Shown: positions 19,701 through 29,291, counted from the first letter of the stretch. The stretch: DNA of 64,000 bases from Polyangiales bacterium (GCA_045106895.1 JBGCFM010000039.1:192001-256000), one strand, 5' to 3'. Program-made: numbers and translations. The notes: generated by a model from the letters alone, not told the origin.

Positions 19701-21038
19701 CTTCCTGCGTTCGGCGGCGTTCGTACGCGCGCAGACCTTGAATGCTGCCTCCGTCAGAGCGCCCGCGGGCCGAGCTACGCAAGCGAGAGCCGGGCGATGC
19801 TCACCGAGGCCTTCGCCATCGCACCGAAGTCCCACGGAGAAACCGAGGAGGAGACGGCGCTGCGAGACGTCGCCGAAGGCTGGCCGAGTCTCGACACGGC
19901 ACATCAACACAAGTGGCTCGACGAGACCTGTGCGCGGCGACCCATCGACGTACCTCCGCTTCCACAGCCCGAGCGCCCCCGGCGACCGCCCCGAGGCGCG
20001 AGCCTCGGCGAAGTGAACGTCCTCGTCGACGCTCTCAACGGCGGCAGCACGCAAGAAGCGCAAGAAGCGGCGGTTCGCCTTCTGGCTTTGGACGAGGCCC
20101 ACGCCGCCTGGTCCGCCGTTCTCCGTGCCTACCTCGAAGGGCGCGTCAACGTGCCGCATCCCAAACGACTCGCCCTCGCGCACCTGCTGCAAGGGTGGCC
20201 AAAGGAAAACGCCGCCCACCAACGCGCCGCGGCGCTGGTGGTAGGTCTCGCTCACCAATCTCTCCCAGAGTTCGCCGAGCTTCATCGCCGTCTCATCAAA
20301 GAGTGGTTGGCGCGCTGGCGCGAAGGCGACGAGCACGTTCTACCGCTGCTTCAGGACGCGGGACAGCGACTGCTTCCTTTCGTCGACGCCGCGTGCAACG
20401 CAGGCGACTTCAGTCTGGTGTTCCTCCTCCGCTTTCGACCGGAACGTTTTCTTCATCACGTGGGCGAGCACCCGGAAGTCGAGCGACTTCTCGCCGAAAC
20501 ACCCGCCGCTCAAGAAGAGCCCGACGATTCCCTCGAAGACCCTCTTGAGGGTATCGATTCCGCCGGCCTCCTCGCCCTCGCCCGGGCGAAGGACACGGCC
20601 AAAGGCCTCGCCGTTCGCGCCGTCCACGCCCTCGGACGAAGCCAATCACCCGCGGACATCGAGGCCCTCGAAGAGCTCACGAAGGCGCGCCGTCCAGGGG
20701 TGCGAAGCGCCGCGCTTCGTGTGTTTCATCGCATCGTCGACAAGGAGCGCGCCCTCGCCGTCTCCTTCGAGGTGCTTCAGATCGAGACGCGTCCAGACGT
20801 CGCCCTTTCCCTGATGCGCCGCCTCGCCCACGCGCGCTACGCGCCCGCGCTCCCCCTGCTCATCGAGCGGCTTTCGCACCACGACACGCACCTTCGCCAG
20901 CACGCGCATCGCGCGATTCTCGCGTGGGGCGCGAGCGCGATCAAGACACTGCGCCGGGCCGCCAAGAAGGCGCGACCCGATCGGAGGCCCGCCATCCTCG
21001 CCTTGGCGGCGGAGCTGAACGCGGTCGAAGGCACGTAG
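16749..21038 (+). CDS. large HEAT/ARM-repeat protein (1429 aa)
   Basis: Recurrent HEAT-like units (SDETIRRESLRLL, SVRRRALEHL, PNMSVKKEAAEAL, PGVRSAALRVF); ATGA overlap with lysR. Confidence 0.8.
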   Translation: MTSVCDANPILTTLDGPDAIRQLRALRESLPYATGLRELAAAMPTSVAQLSSELAWELSRLARALSLHAPKSPDDVKDLPPLVRAHWRQTQLLCGDDSWLRVASDRELSEAVASSTLRARNAAPVFDRLARADDRRLRHVVFRDIGACVANLSISPAQTLPILARLSEDSDETIRRESLRLLAAPWLFALTNAAGRRRVRALESALEASLEDKEDGVSLAALDALAVLGEPRLILACFADEEASTSVRRRALEHLASVGEEAHIPAMLRLGLEDPLAYASATCAALLAMHRRGVFIREPHLVPLLALYDAHEAFTGEELVRVSYLVRAELLALLAELPSDDTRWAQRADILAHSFGTGAHLHIAELLKNVALSERAVPRVVAALLHAAAASAEFSECELALPFYDAMPERVLTLLRAKGDRSHAPMLLADACHPGCPALLRRSLIDVLWTLSDERDATLHALAAELGPYQSGLLKRAKAHQDRRVAKLVAEAPWPESSERHSESLDASGRLKIYAESGDLRRREELVAQFRLAYRQCLAKALSGDFSAKRIELPQLEQQLFVYGRHLVSDGRRVRPWHHASPETGRDFVLQVLCEWLRETPDDSVTVALLESIGRQAPSGAVLREIEVFWRHRNPGVQRAALEAILASPSDEHGLELSISQLSAKATDTRVLVQALRGMAALGANWAAPLAARCLEHPNMSVKKEAAEALAALDVGVHAESISRQLVAWLGRHDNSGFRSVLKRALQRCAGEMQVAWLVFAAEESDDPRTLTLLCDALSGLLSKETLVRFAREERLPELIDACVQGDTRVVDASKSEVAALLHRAFPDAGHVDPNESAVYRLEVHGFSDADARAALEERARGDEGADAALQKLAGNNLAQWLRWQNQLQSDVKSGLAASRCAALILASSKSAEGPHQSTLFDVAENLGAALNVTTGDEARRWGEALFTFITRCTSIKEERTRVLRLLRRLGEEAPVSGAQRFRLLPAFGGVRTRADLECCLRQSARGPSYASESRAMLTEAFAIAPKSHGETEEETALRDVAEGWPSLDTAHQHKWLDETCARRPIDVPPLPQPERPRRPPRGASLGEVNVLVDALNGGSTQEAQEAAVRLLALDEAHAAWSAVLRAYLEGRVNVPHPKRLALAHLLQGWPKENAAHQRAAALVVGLAHQSLPEFAELHRRLIKEWLARWREGDEHVLPLLQDAGQRLLPFVDAACNAGDFSLVFLLRFRPERFLHHVGEHPEVERLLAETPAAQEEPDDSLEDPLEGIDSAGLLALARAKDTAKGLAVRAVHALGRSQSPADIEALEELTKARRPGVRSAALRVFHRIVDKERALAVSFEVLQIETRPDVALSLMRRLAHARYAPALPLLIERLSHHDTHLRQHAHRAILAWGASAIKTLRRAAKKARPDRRPAILALAAELNAVEGT

Positions 21039-21062
21039 AAAACGCCGTTCGGCGTTCCAAAC

Positions 21063-21118
21063 AAAAAGTGAACCACGCTCACTTTTTTATTGCACCTGTC
21101 CTTAGGCCCCCCCACTCT
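21063..21118 (+). promoter_or_regulatory. palindrome plus sigma70-like promoter of the lipoprotein gene
   Basis: AAAAAGTGA-N7-TCACTTTTT (21063-21087), then TTGCAC-17-CACTCT. Confidence 0.5.
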
Positions 21119-21123
21119 TTGGA

Positions 21124-22329
21124 ATGCGGCAGACACACTTTCTCTTCGGCGCCTGTATTCTGGCGTCTGGCTGTGCTCTCTCCCACCAACCAGTAAACGA
21201 CAGCGGCGCTGCCGACGCCGGCTTCGACGTGCCCGCATTCGACGCGGGCCCCTTCCGATGCGACGGCGTTCGCGTCGGCGCCGAGCACGATCTCATCAAC
21301 GAATGGAACGCGACGGGTCCCAGCATCGTGGCCTTACCCCGTGGCGAGGTCGGCGTGTTCACGCTTAGCGCCCCTCTCAGCATCGCGCGCGCAAACTACC
21401 AACGGCTCAACGCGAACTTGGAGCGCATCGGCGAGTCCATGGTCCTCCTCGACCCCTCCGGAGGCCACACGGTTCCGGCATTCGTCGGGGATACCATGTA
21501 CGTCAGCCATCGGGAACGTGGGTCGAGCGCCGGGGACGGCAGCTTGTTAACGCCCTTTACCAGCGAAGGCGCTGTTGCGGGGCCGGTCACGCAAGTGGCA
21601 GAAGACGAACCGCCCTTCCTGAGTCCTGCCGCCGGTGGGCTGTTCTGGTTCTCGCTACGCTTCTTTCCGGAGGAGACGATCCGCGCAGCACACATCAGCA
21701 CGGATGGAGAGCTCCTCCATGACGTCGTCGAGATCCCCAGCGGCAATCTCATCCGCGGAACCCGTGCCGTGCCCGTCCATGGTGGCAGCGCGCATGTCCT
21801 CACATACTCTCGCAATACGGTGGACAGGTTCCCGCGGGTCAGCGTCGGTTTCGTCAATAGGATCCGAACGGACGGAACCTTCGGCCCGGAGCGACAGCTC
21901 GGCGAGGACGCCGTCATCTCCGTGACGCCTGTGGTCATTCGAAACGAACTCGTCCTCGTGCGACACCAGAGCGATGCCCTCGTCATCGAGCGCGCGAACA
22001 TCGACACGCTGGAGCGCATCGAAGAGTTTCGCTTCGACCCCATCACGGACCAACCGCTCGTCGCGCAGCTCGGGGGCCGACTGCTCGTGATTCACTTCCA
22101 AGCGGAGACCTCGCAAATGCACGTCGATGACTTCGGGCGCGATTTTTCGGAGCCCACACGCCTGAGCATCGAGCTGGACGGCCCCGCCTATCAGAACGGG
22201 TCCGTCGTCGAGTCCCCCGCCACTCGATCCTCCAGCGCAGGGGTGGTCATCACCAACCTCCTGCAGCCAGGAACAAGCGTCTACCCCTGGCTCGTTCGGC
22301 TCGTCTGCGAAAACTCAGTCGACGGCTAA
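21124..22329 (+). CDS. hypothetical lipoprotein (beta-rich)
   Basis: Signal ...ILASGC, DAG linker, beta-strand-rich body. Confidence 0.75.
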   Translation: MRQTHFLFGACILASGCALSHQPVNDSGAADAGFDVPAFDAGPFRCDGVRVGAEHDLINEWNATGPSIVALPRGEVGVFTLSAPLSIARANYQRLNANLERIGESMVLLDPSGGHTVPAFVGDTMYVSHRERGSSAGDGSLLTPFTSEGAVAGPVTQVAEDEPPFLSPAAGGLFWFSLRFFPEETIRAAHISTDGELLHDVVEIPSGNLIRGTRAVPVHGGSAHVLTYSRNTVDRFPRVSVGFVNRIRTDGTFGPERQLGEDAVISVTPVVIRNELVLVRHQSDALVIERANIDTLERIEEFRFDPITDQPLVAQLGGRLLVIHFQAETSQMHVDDFGRDFSEPTRLSIELDGPAYQNGSVVESPATRSSSAGVVITNLLQPGTSVYPWLVRLVCENSVDG

Positions 22330-22550
22330 GTCCGCGCCGCCGCGTTTTCGCCGAGCGCTAGCGTCGCGAGGCTAAGGTCGTGCACGCCACGTTCGTTCCT
22401 CCTCTGGTTCAGCAGCGTTCGACGTGGCGCCCGACGCCGGTCCCGTGGAATGCGAGGGCGTCTTCTCGAGTCGCCTTCGTCCTTATTTTCCCTCCAACCC
22501 CGCTTAGATGCGTGGACACCTGGGGCGGACTTCTCACATTATCGCCACTA

Positions 22551-23511
22551 GTGAACGAGCCTCCCAAACCGCCCACGATCCCAGGGTCTCGCCTGGCGAA
22601 GCTTCTTCGTCCGCGGAAAGCAACACGGCATTGAAAGCCGCTTCTGGGCGCCCGCGGAAATCCGCGACTTGATGCACGTCGTCGACGTGCGCTACGCGAG
22701 TGAAATCGTCCAAGAAGACGTCCCCTACCATCAGGGCAAACGCCAGGCGCGCTATCGCGTCTTCTATTGCGAAGGCGCCCGTCGCGACCCCATTCCGTGC
22801 GATGATGAGGGGCGAACCATCAAGCTCGGCGACCATTTGCACAAAATCGTCAAGGGCTCAGCACTCCTCCCCGTTGCAGCCGACATTGCCGGCGAAGACC
22901 TCTTGGAGCTTCCCAAAGACGCCTACTACACCTACGAAGGTCCCAGCCAAGTCCCAGACCCTCGCGGGAAAGGAGCCGAAGAGCGCTTCGCACTTCGCGT
23001 TCGTGCTGGCAAAAACAAGACCCTCCACCACCTCACCCGCGAAGCCTTCAGCGAGGCCTTCACTCTGGCAGCAAGCCACTACATCTCCTTCATCGAATCC
23101 AGACGCCCTACCGGCGCCCCAAAAGCCACCTGGTTTGACGAAGTCGAGCAGGAGTGGACCTTCGGCGAAGAGCACCCCCTCAAGGCAGGTCGCTTCCAGT
23201 TCTGGAACCGCGATGGAACGCCCAAAGCCGAGCGGCACTACAAGGCAGGCGTACTCCACGGACCCTTCAGCCAACACTATCCCGACGGCACCCTCGCCTG
23301 CGCGGGCGCGTACGCACAGGGTGTTCTTCATGGCGCGGTCATCTACCAACGCAACCACGAGAAGTTCCCACGCGGCATCGAGAAGTTTCCGCGCGGCGTC
23401 CACGGCAACATATGGAGGGTGGAAGTCGACTACGATCGCGGAACTGAAATGAGCCGGCGTTTCTTCGGGGAGAGCGGTGCCGCAACGGACGAGCGAGGCG
23501 AGACGCTCTAA
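22551..23511 (+). pseudogene. MORN-variant (YwqK-like) repeat protein with a frameshifted or deleted 5' end; in-frame remainder 22672-23511
   Basis: WNRDGT...YKAGVLHG, YPDGTL...YAQGVLHG repeats. Upstream in-frame LAWRSFFVRGKQHG has no start; out-of-frame GTG 22551 gives MNEPPKPPTIP. Confidence 0.55.
23358..23399 (+). repeat. 21-bp in-frame tandem duplication (EKFPRGI/EKFPRGV)
   Basis: cgagaagttcccacgcggcat / cgagaagtttccgcgcggcgt. Confidence 0.8.
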
Positions 23512-23587
23512 TTTCCCGTGTGAGCATGGGACGAGCGTCGTCTTCGGCGATGACTCTCGCGGCCAAGGCAGTTGAGCGCGGCTGGCG

Positions 23588-25945
23588 TCAGTCGACGGTG
23601 ATGGACTTCGAGACGTTCTTCGGCACGTCAGGATGCACGCCATGCTCCTGTACACCGAGCGCATCTAAGTACGCGCGCTTCTTATTGCTCATCGCGAGCG
23701 CCAGGAGCTGCAGCGCCACCGTCGCCGTAAACACCGTTTGCGTTGTGTCGCCCGTGCGCGGAAGCGCGATGTAAACGTGGCGGTAGCCCTCGCGCCCCGC
23801 CGGGACGCCGGACGCCGCTGCGCGCAAACGCTCGTTCTCTTCGGCGACGACGACCACCGTAGCCCCACGAATCTTGTGCGTGTGAATCTGCGAGATGGTC
23901 AGGTCGACGTCTCGCTCCGCAGGCCCCGTAACGAAGACGAGGGGGTAGTCCGCGTAGAGCGCGTCCATATGGGTGCCCAGTGCCGCACGCACGGCGTCGC
24001 CGCCTGCGCCTCCTTCGACGTCCTTGGCCACGCGCTCGAGGAGCGCCTGCACGCCGTCGGGTCCGAAGATGGTGTTGAACCCAAGGATCGTGTTTCGACC
24101 GTGCTTGAACTCGGAGCCCTCGAAGCCCTCCGTGTGGTTGAGAACAACCTCGCGAATCTTCAGCGCGCCTTCTTTGGCCACCGCCGAGAGACGCGTCGCG
24201 AGGAGGTGCATACTCGGCGCCAGGTACAGCACTTCGGCGGCCTCGTTCACGGCGTCTTGCGTGCTCGCAAGCGCACCCGTGAGGAGCGCAGGCAGGTCCG
24301 CATGAGGCCCGACATCGCGCTTGCGTTGAACGCCGAGGCGATGTGCAAGCCCGTAGAGAAGCGCGAGCTGGTTGATGAAGCTCTTCGTCGCGGGCACAGC
24401 GATTTCAGGTCCGCATCGAAGCGGCACGACGACGTCCGCGCGCTCCTGCGCCAACGTGGAGTTGAGGTTATTCACAAAAGCGATGCACGGAAGCGCGTGC
24501 GTTTCGCGCGACTGGTCGAGGACGTCGATGAGATCCTTCGTCTCGCCACTCTGGCTGATAGCCACGAATACGTCGGACTCACGGAGCATGCCTGTGTACT
24601 GACCACGGAACTCGCCGGGCAAGAGCGGCAGCACTTCGAGTCCTGCGAGCTCGGAGAAGAAGAGCGAGCCGGCGCGTGCGGCATGGTAGCTCGTTCCACA
24701 GCAAACCAGGAAGATGCGCCCGCCGGAGTTCGACGCGCGATCGAAGAGTTCGCACACCCGGTCGAGGGCGTCGTTGAGGGCGTGAGACTCTTCGTACTCA
24801 AGGGCCGCGTCGATGCCGCGGAGAGTATTCACGTGCTCAGGCATCAGCGCTGAAAGCTCGGCGAAGAGCGCCGCTTCGGAGCTATGAAGGGCCCCGTCCG
24901 CGGCGGCCCCGATCTGAGCGAGGACGGGAAGCGCCACGCTCGTTGTCGCCACGTCGTCCATGAGCGCCATCGAGCTCGTGCTCTGGTCTACGCGACCGAG
25001 GAGCGTGCGAATCGCGTCCCCGTCCACCGCGGCGGAAGCGTACGCCTTCGCCGCCTCGGAGCCGCCGGACAACATGCGCAGGACGTCGGCACAGGTCCCG
25101 GGTTGCGCGGCGATCTCTTGCGCCATGAACGTGTCGAAGTTCTCCGCGAGGGCCGTATCCTGCGAACGGAGTTTGCTCCGGGCAGGAACACGCTCACAGA
25201 CGCGCCCCTCGGGGCTGCCATCGATCGCGCGCACCTCGAAATGGTCCGCTCCGTAGATCACGAACTCGCCCGAGGAGAGCGGTACGAGCTGGTGGGTAAA
25301 CTGCAGCACAGACGAGAGGTCGGAGGACGCGAGGGCGAACTTCCCTCCCTCATCCTCGCCGACACCAAAGTACAAGCTCGAGCCACGCTTGATGGTGCAC
25401 ATCGTCTTCGTCACCGGGTCGACGACGACGGCGGCAAAGCTCCCGCGAAGCTTGGCCGAGGCCTTCACCACTGCGCTTCGGAGAGCAGGCAATCGCTCGG
25501 CCCCGCCTTCGAGGGCTTCGGCGAAATAGTGCTCCACCGTGTGGACGACCATCTCTCCGTCGTTGTCGCTGACAACCTGATGACCTTCGCGGGTGAGCCA
25601 CGCCTTCACCTCATCGGTGTTGTTGACGTTTCCGTTGTGGGCTCCGTAGAGAAACGTCTTGCAGCGGACCACGTGTGGCTGCGCGTTCGCCTCGTCGACG
25701 GCGCCAAAGGTCGCCCATCGAACCTGACCGCAGAACACGCGACCACTCAGCTCCACGATGCCGAGGGAATGGATCAGGGTGCTAGGCGCGCCGACGCCTT
25801 TGCGGAGCGTGACCTCGTCTCCCTCTTGGATCGCCGCGCCGGTCGAGTCGTAGCCTCGGTATTGGAGGCTCTCGAGGAGACGGCCGGCGACGGGGCCGAT
25901 CTCGGCTCGTTCAACTTCGTGGATATATCCGATGACTCCGCACAT
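23588..25945 (-). CDS. glmS: glutamine--fructose-6-phosphate aminotransferase, enlarged variant
   Basis: N-terminal MCG, YRGYDS, RWAT, HNG, SQSGET, EIAVPATKS, EGALKIRE, C-terminal NVSKSITVD; 785 aa. Confidence 0.9.
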   Translation of the reverse strand: MCGVIGYIHEVERAEIGPVAGRLLESLQYRGYDSTGAAIQEGDEVTLRKGVGAPSTLIHSLGIVELSGRVFCGQVRWATFGAVDEANAQPHVVRCKTFLYGAHNGNVNNTDEVKAWLTREGHQVVSDNDGEMVVHTVEHYFAEALEGGAERLPALRSAVVKASAKLRGSFAAVVVDPVTKTMCTIKRGSSLYFGVGEDEGGKFALASSDLSSVLQFTHQLVPLSSGEFVIYGADHFEVRAIDGSPEGRVCERVPARSKLRSQDTALAENFDTFMAQEIAAQPGTCADVLRMLSGGSEAAKAYASAAVDGDAIRTLLGRVDQSTSSMALMDDVATTSVALPVLAQIGAAADGALHSSEAALFAELSALMPEHVNTLRGIDAALEYEESHALNDALDRVCELFDRASNSGGRIFLVCCGTSYHAARAGSLFFSELAGLEVLPLLPGEFRGQYTGMLRESDVFVAISQSGETKDLIDVLDQSRETHALPCIAFVNNLNSTLAQERADVVVPLRCGPEIAVPATKSFINQLALLYGLAHRLGVQRKRDVGPHADLPALLTGALASTQDAVNEAAEVLYLAPSMHLLATRLSAVAKEGALKIREVVLNHTEGFEGSEFKHGRNTILGFNTIFGPDGVQALLERVAKDVEGGAGGDAVRAALGTHMDALYADYPLVFVTGPAERDVDLTISQIHTHKIRGATVVVVAEENERLRAAASGVPAGREGYRHVYIALPRTGDTTQTVFTATVALQLLALAMSNKKRAYLDALGVQEHGVHPDVPKNVSKSITVD

Positions 25946-26101
25946 CCCCCCGGCCTACCACTGGCCCAAGCTGGGCGCCCGTCTCCGGTGTGCGCTTCCT
26001 TCGATATTCGTGCTACTTCCTCGGAAAACGCGGCCCGGCAAAAGAGGGGGCACTCACGAGAGTTTTTGCTAGAGTCGCGGCTTAGTAACTCAGGAGACAT
26101 C

Positions 26102-26509
26102 ATGGTTCGCATCTTTACAGTGCTTTTTGCCCTTCTTGCCCTCTCCGCCTGTGGCGGCCCTTCGGAATACGTCGTTGTCGGAACTGCCCGCGCCGCCGGT
26201 GCTGACGGCCTCATCACGGTGGAGAAGACCGAGAGCAACAACCTCCTCAGCATCGAAGTTGAGAATCTGGCACCTCCCGGCCGAATCAGCGAAGGCACCA
26301 CCGTTTACGTGGTGTGGTTCAAGCCCCCAACCGGTCCACTCACGGCCCAGGGAACTCTTGAGTACGATCCAGACGATCGCGTCGGTCGCTTCAGCGCTAC
26401 GTCGATTCACGCGGAACTTCAGGTCATCGTCTCCGCCGAGATCGATGCCACGGCCAACTCGCCAAGCGAGGTCGTCATCCTTCGACAGGACGTCGTCGCC
26501 CCGAACTAA
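26102..26509 (+). CDS. hypothetical lipoprotein
   Basis: Lipobox LSAC-GG; AGGAGA SD; YVVW motif. Confidence 0.85.
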   Translation: MVRIFTVLFALLALSACGGPSEYVVVGTARAAGADGLITVEKTESNNLLSIEVENLAPPGRISEGTTVYVVWFKPPTGPLTAQGTLEYDPDDRVGRFSATSIHAELQVIVSAEIDATANSPSEVVILRQDVVAPN

Positions 26510-26641
26510 GTTTCAGTCCGCGCGGATTTTCACAGCGCGGATTCTCGCCAAAAAGAACGTCGCACACCTTCAGGTGTGTGGCGTTTTTTCGTTCTTGGTG
26601 TTTAGCGCTCGGGCGGACCGAGTCTTGCTTACTAAGAGCCC

Positions 26642-27793
26642 ATGACTGTCCGGCCACTCACTCAAAGTGTGAATCACACGTTCCGAACGCCACAGGTTGG
26701 CGAGCGCTTTGAAGGGCGATGGTTGGTTCACACGCAACTCCCCGCCCGCGGTCGTTTTTGCCGTTTTGCCGCGAGGGACGAAGCTCTAGAGGTCGAAGTC
26801 GAACTGGAGCTCCTGCTAAATCCAAGCGGTGATGAGCGCTCCATCGCGGCGCGATTCCTCACCCAATGCCGTGACAACAGTGAGCGTCGACCTGTGAGCA
26901 TTCTAACGGTGATCGTGTACGGGCGTGACGAACGGACTGGGTCAGTGTGGGCCGTACGCCACACCCCCGGCCCGTCCATGTCGGATGCCTTCGACGTTCA
27001 CTCTCTTCTCAACGAAGGCAGCACCACTCTTCTTTTGGCGGGCGTCCACCACGCTTCAGGCCGAGAGGTCGCGATCAAAATCTTGCGCCGCTCGTTTCTC
27101 GGGCAGAAGACCGCCGTTGAGCGTTTTCGCCGGGAAGCCCGCCTCGCCCATGACCTACGAAGCCCGAATATCCCTGCCAGCATCGCTCAAGGCGTCAGCG
27201 ACGACGGGCGCCTCTATTTCGCCATCGAACGTTTTCCGGGCCTGTCGTTGGCCGAGACACTTGAGCAGGGTCCTGTCTCATTCCAGGTGGCGGGCCTCAT
27301 CGCCCAAGGGATCGGCGCAGCTCTTCGCGTCGCCCACGCCCAAGGCATCGTCCACCGCGACGTGACCCCCGCGAACGTCCTCCTCGCAGGTACGGCCAAA
27401 AACGTCGAGGACATCAAGCTCCTCGATTTTGGCATCGCGAGCGTACCGAAGACGCGGGAGCCAAAACTGAGTCAGATCGGCCGCTTTGTCGGCACCCCAG
27501 CACACTGTGCGCCCGAGCAGTTCTACGGCTTTGGCATCGACGCCAAAGCCGACGTCTACGGGCTCGCCTCCACCCTCTATCACGCACTGACGGGCAGTGT
27601 TCCGTACACCGCGCCGGTCCAGGATCTCATCAAGGCGAAAGCCAGCGGTCCACCGCCCGCGCCTTCCAGCGTCCGACCCGGCATCCCCGAAACCGTCGAT
27701 CGCTGGCTTCTCGCGCCCCTCCAAGTGGACCCAGCAGAGCGTCCCACGCTTGAGCACTGGCTTGCGTGCATACCGCGAACACATCTTCGATAA
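26642..27793 (+). CDS. Ser/Thr protein kinase with an extra degenerate N-lobe
   Basis: VAIK, RFRRE, HRDVTPAN, DFG, GTPAHCAPE, DVYG, RP. Confidence 0.9.
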   Translation: MTVRPLTQSVNHTFRTPQVGERFEGRWLVHTQLPARGRFCRFAARDEALEVEVELELLLNPSGDERSIAARFLTQCRDNSERRPVSILTVIVYGRDERTGSVWAVRHTPGPSMSDAFDVHSLLNEGSTTLLLAGVHHASGREVAIKILRRSFLGQKTAVERFRREARLAHDLRSPNIPASIAQGVSDDGRLYFAIERFPGLSLAETLEQGPVSFQVAGLIAQGIGAALRVAHAQGIVHRDVTPANVLLAGTAKNVEDIKLLDFGIASVPKTREPKLSQIGRFVGTPAHCAPEQFYGFGIDAKADVYGLASTLYHALTGSVPYTAPVQDLIKAKASGPPPAPSSVRPGIPETVDRWLLAPLQVDPAERPTLEHWLACIPRTHLR

Positions 27794-27809
27794 ACGCTCA
27801 GTCTTCGCT

Positions 27810-29276
27810 ATGCTCAGCTCGTTCATGGGCATCGGATACAACGGAAAGAAAGCGTGGATCTACGGCCCGAAGGGCCTCGTGTGCGACGACGGAACAGAGG
27901 TCCGTGCTGTCCTCGATGCTGACGCATTGGGCTTCGACGCCGACAACTCACGCGCCGCGATCCTCTCGGTGCACACCGACGGTGGACACTTGGTCTCCGG
28001 AGAAGGCGAGCTTCTGGCCTTTGACACCAACGGCGCCATCCGCCCCGATGGGCGACGTGTATACGCACTCTCCCCGATGGGCGACGAGAAGTGGGCGCTG
28101 GCTACGCGTGAAGGCCGTGAAGTCGTGGTGCGCGTCGGTCGACGCGGCAGCGAGAGCTTGAGACTGCGAAGTCCACGTGGCCCGACCAAGGTGCCGGTCA
28201 CGCTTCCCTGGAAAGGCGACGAGGCGACGTTCACACGTCGCAAGCGCCTTAGCGAAAACCCCGGTCGCTTGCGCCTCCGTTCGTCGCTTAGCTCCCTCGT
28301 CCTTGCCGACGCGGATGCTGGACTCGTCGCTTTGTGGACCGAAGGCGACATGGACTGGCGCCTCGCACTTCGCTTTCCCACGAACACCGAGAGTGATCTC
28401 GACGCGCATCCCTACCGAGACGGCGTCATCGTCGCCCTGCGCTCCGACAGCGGCCACGGTGCGTTGCTCTTCTTTGACGCCGAAGGCGCGCTCCAAGAGA
28501 ACGTCAGCGTGGAACGACTCGGCGCGTGCGCCACGGACGACCGGGGCATGGTCTTCTCGGACGGGCCCTACCTTCGACGTTGGACGCCCGGCGAAGGCGC
28601 CATCAGCATCCTGGAGGCGGAATGTCTCCTCAACAAAGGCGGAGAGATCGTCGCTGCCCCCGACGGCCGCTTCCTCCTGCAGCAGAACGAACGCGCATAC
28701 TGGCTGGAGCGGGACCCCGAAGAGCCTGCACGCTGGTACTCTCGGGCGATTCCAGAGCCGACGAACAAGGCGCAGCCGATGGTTGTGTCGAAGGCGAAGC
28801 TCGTACGCAAGAAGAAGAGCCCCCCACAGCTTGAGCTCGACGCCATGCTCGAAGCCCAGGCCTGGAACTTCTATGAGGGTGAAGCGGAACTCGTCTTCCA
28901 TCTTGTGACGACGGGCGGGCCGGCGGAAGGGCTCGTCGTCGAAGTCGGAGGTGCGGGAGCCCGCCTCTTTGTCCCTGAGATGCTCTGCATCGACGGTGGT
29001 GCCGAAGCGAGCGTTGAGTTCAAGGGCAGACGCGCAGAGGTATCGTGCCCGCTCCCCGCAGGCGTTGAGATTCCCACCGTTCCAAAGCCCGTGGCCCGCC
29101 GAAAAGCCGACGCCAAGGCATGGCGATGGGCGCAACACCCGCCGGACTGCCGCGTGACCCTAAGGGTGCGTGGCAAAGCCGCCGTGGGCAGCGCGCTGCT
29201 CACGATCCGCATCGGCTTCGTCGGACACGAACGTGTCGGCTCACTTCTCCGTGGGCAGACGCTCGCAGTTTCCTAG
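27810..29276 (+). CDS. hypothetical protein
   Basis: Long ORF directly after the kinase; start 27810 or 27825. Confidence 0.7.
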   Translation: MLSSFMGIGYNGKKAWIYGPKGLVCDDGTEVRAVLDADALGFDADNSRAAILSVHTDGGHLVSGEGELLAFDTNGAIRPDGRRVYALSPMGDEKWALATREGREVVVRVGRRGSESLRLRSPRGPTKVPVTLPWKGDEATFTRRKRLSENPGRLRLRSSLSSLVLADADAGLVALWTEGDMDWRLALRFPTNTESDLDAHPYRDGVIVALRSDSGHGALLFFDAEGALQENVSVERLGACATDDRGMVFSDGPYLRRWTPGEGAISILEAECLLNKGGEIVAAPDGRFLLQQNERAYWLERDPEEPARWYSRAIPEPTNKAQPMVVSKAKLVRKKKSPPQLELDAMLEAQAWNFYEGEAELVFHLVTTGGPAEGLVVEVGGAGARLFVPEMLCIDGGAEASVEFKGRRAEVSCPLPAGVEIPTVPKPVARRKADAKAWRWAQHPPDCRVTLRVRGKAAVGSALLTIRIGFVGHERVGSLLRGQTLAVS

Positions 29277-29291
29277 CGACCCTAGGGCCCG

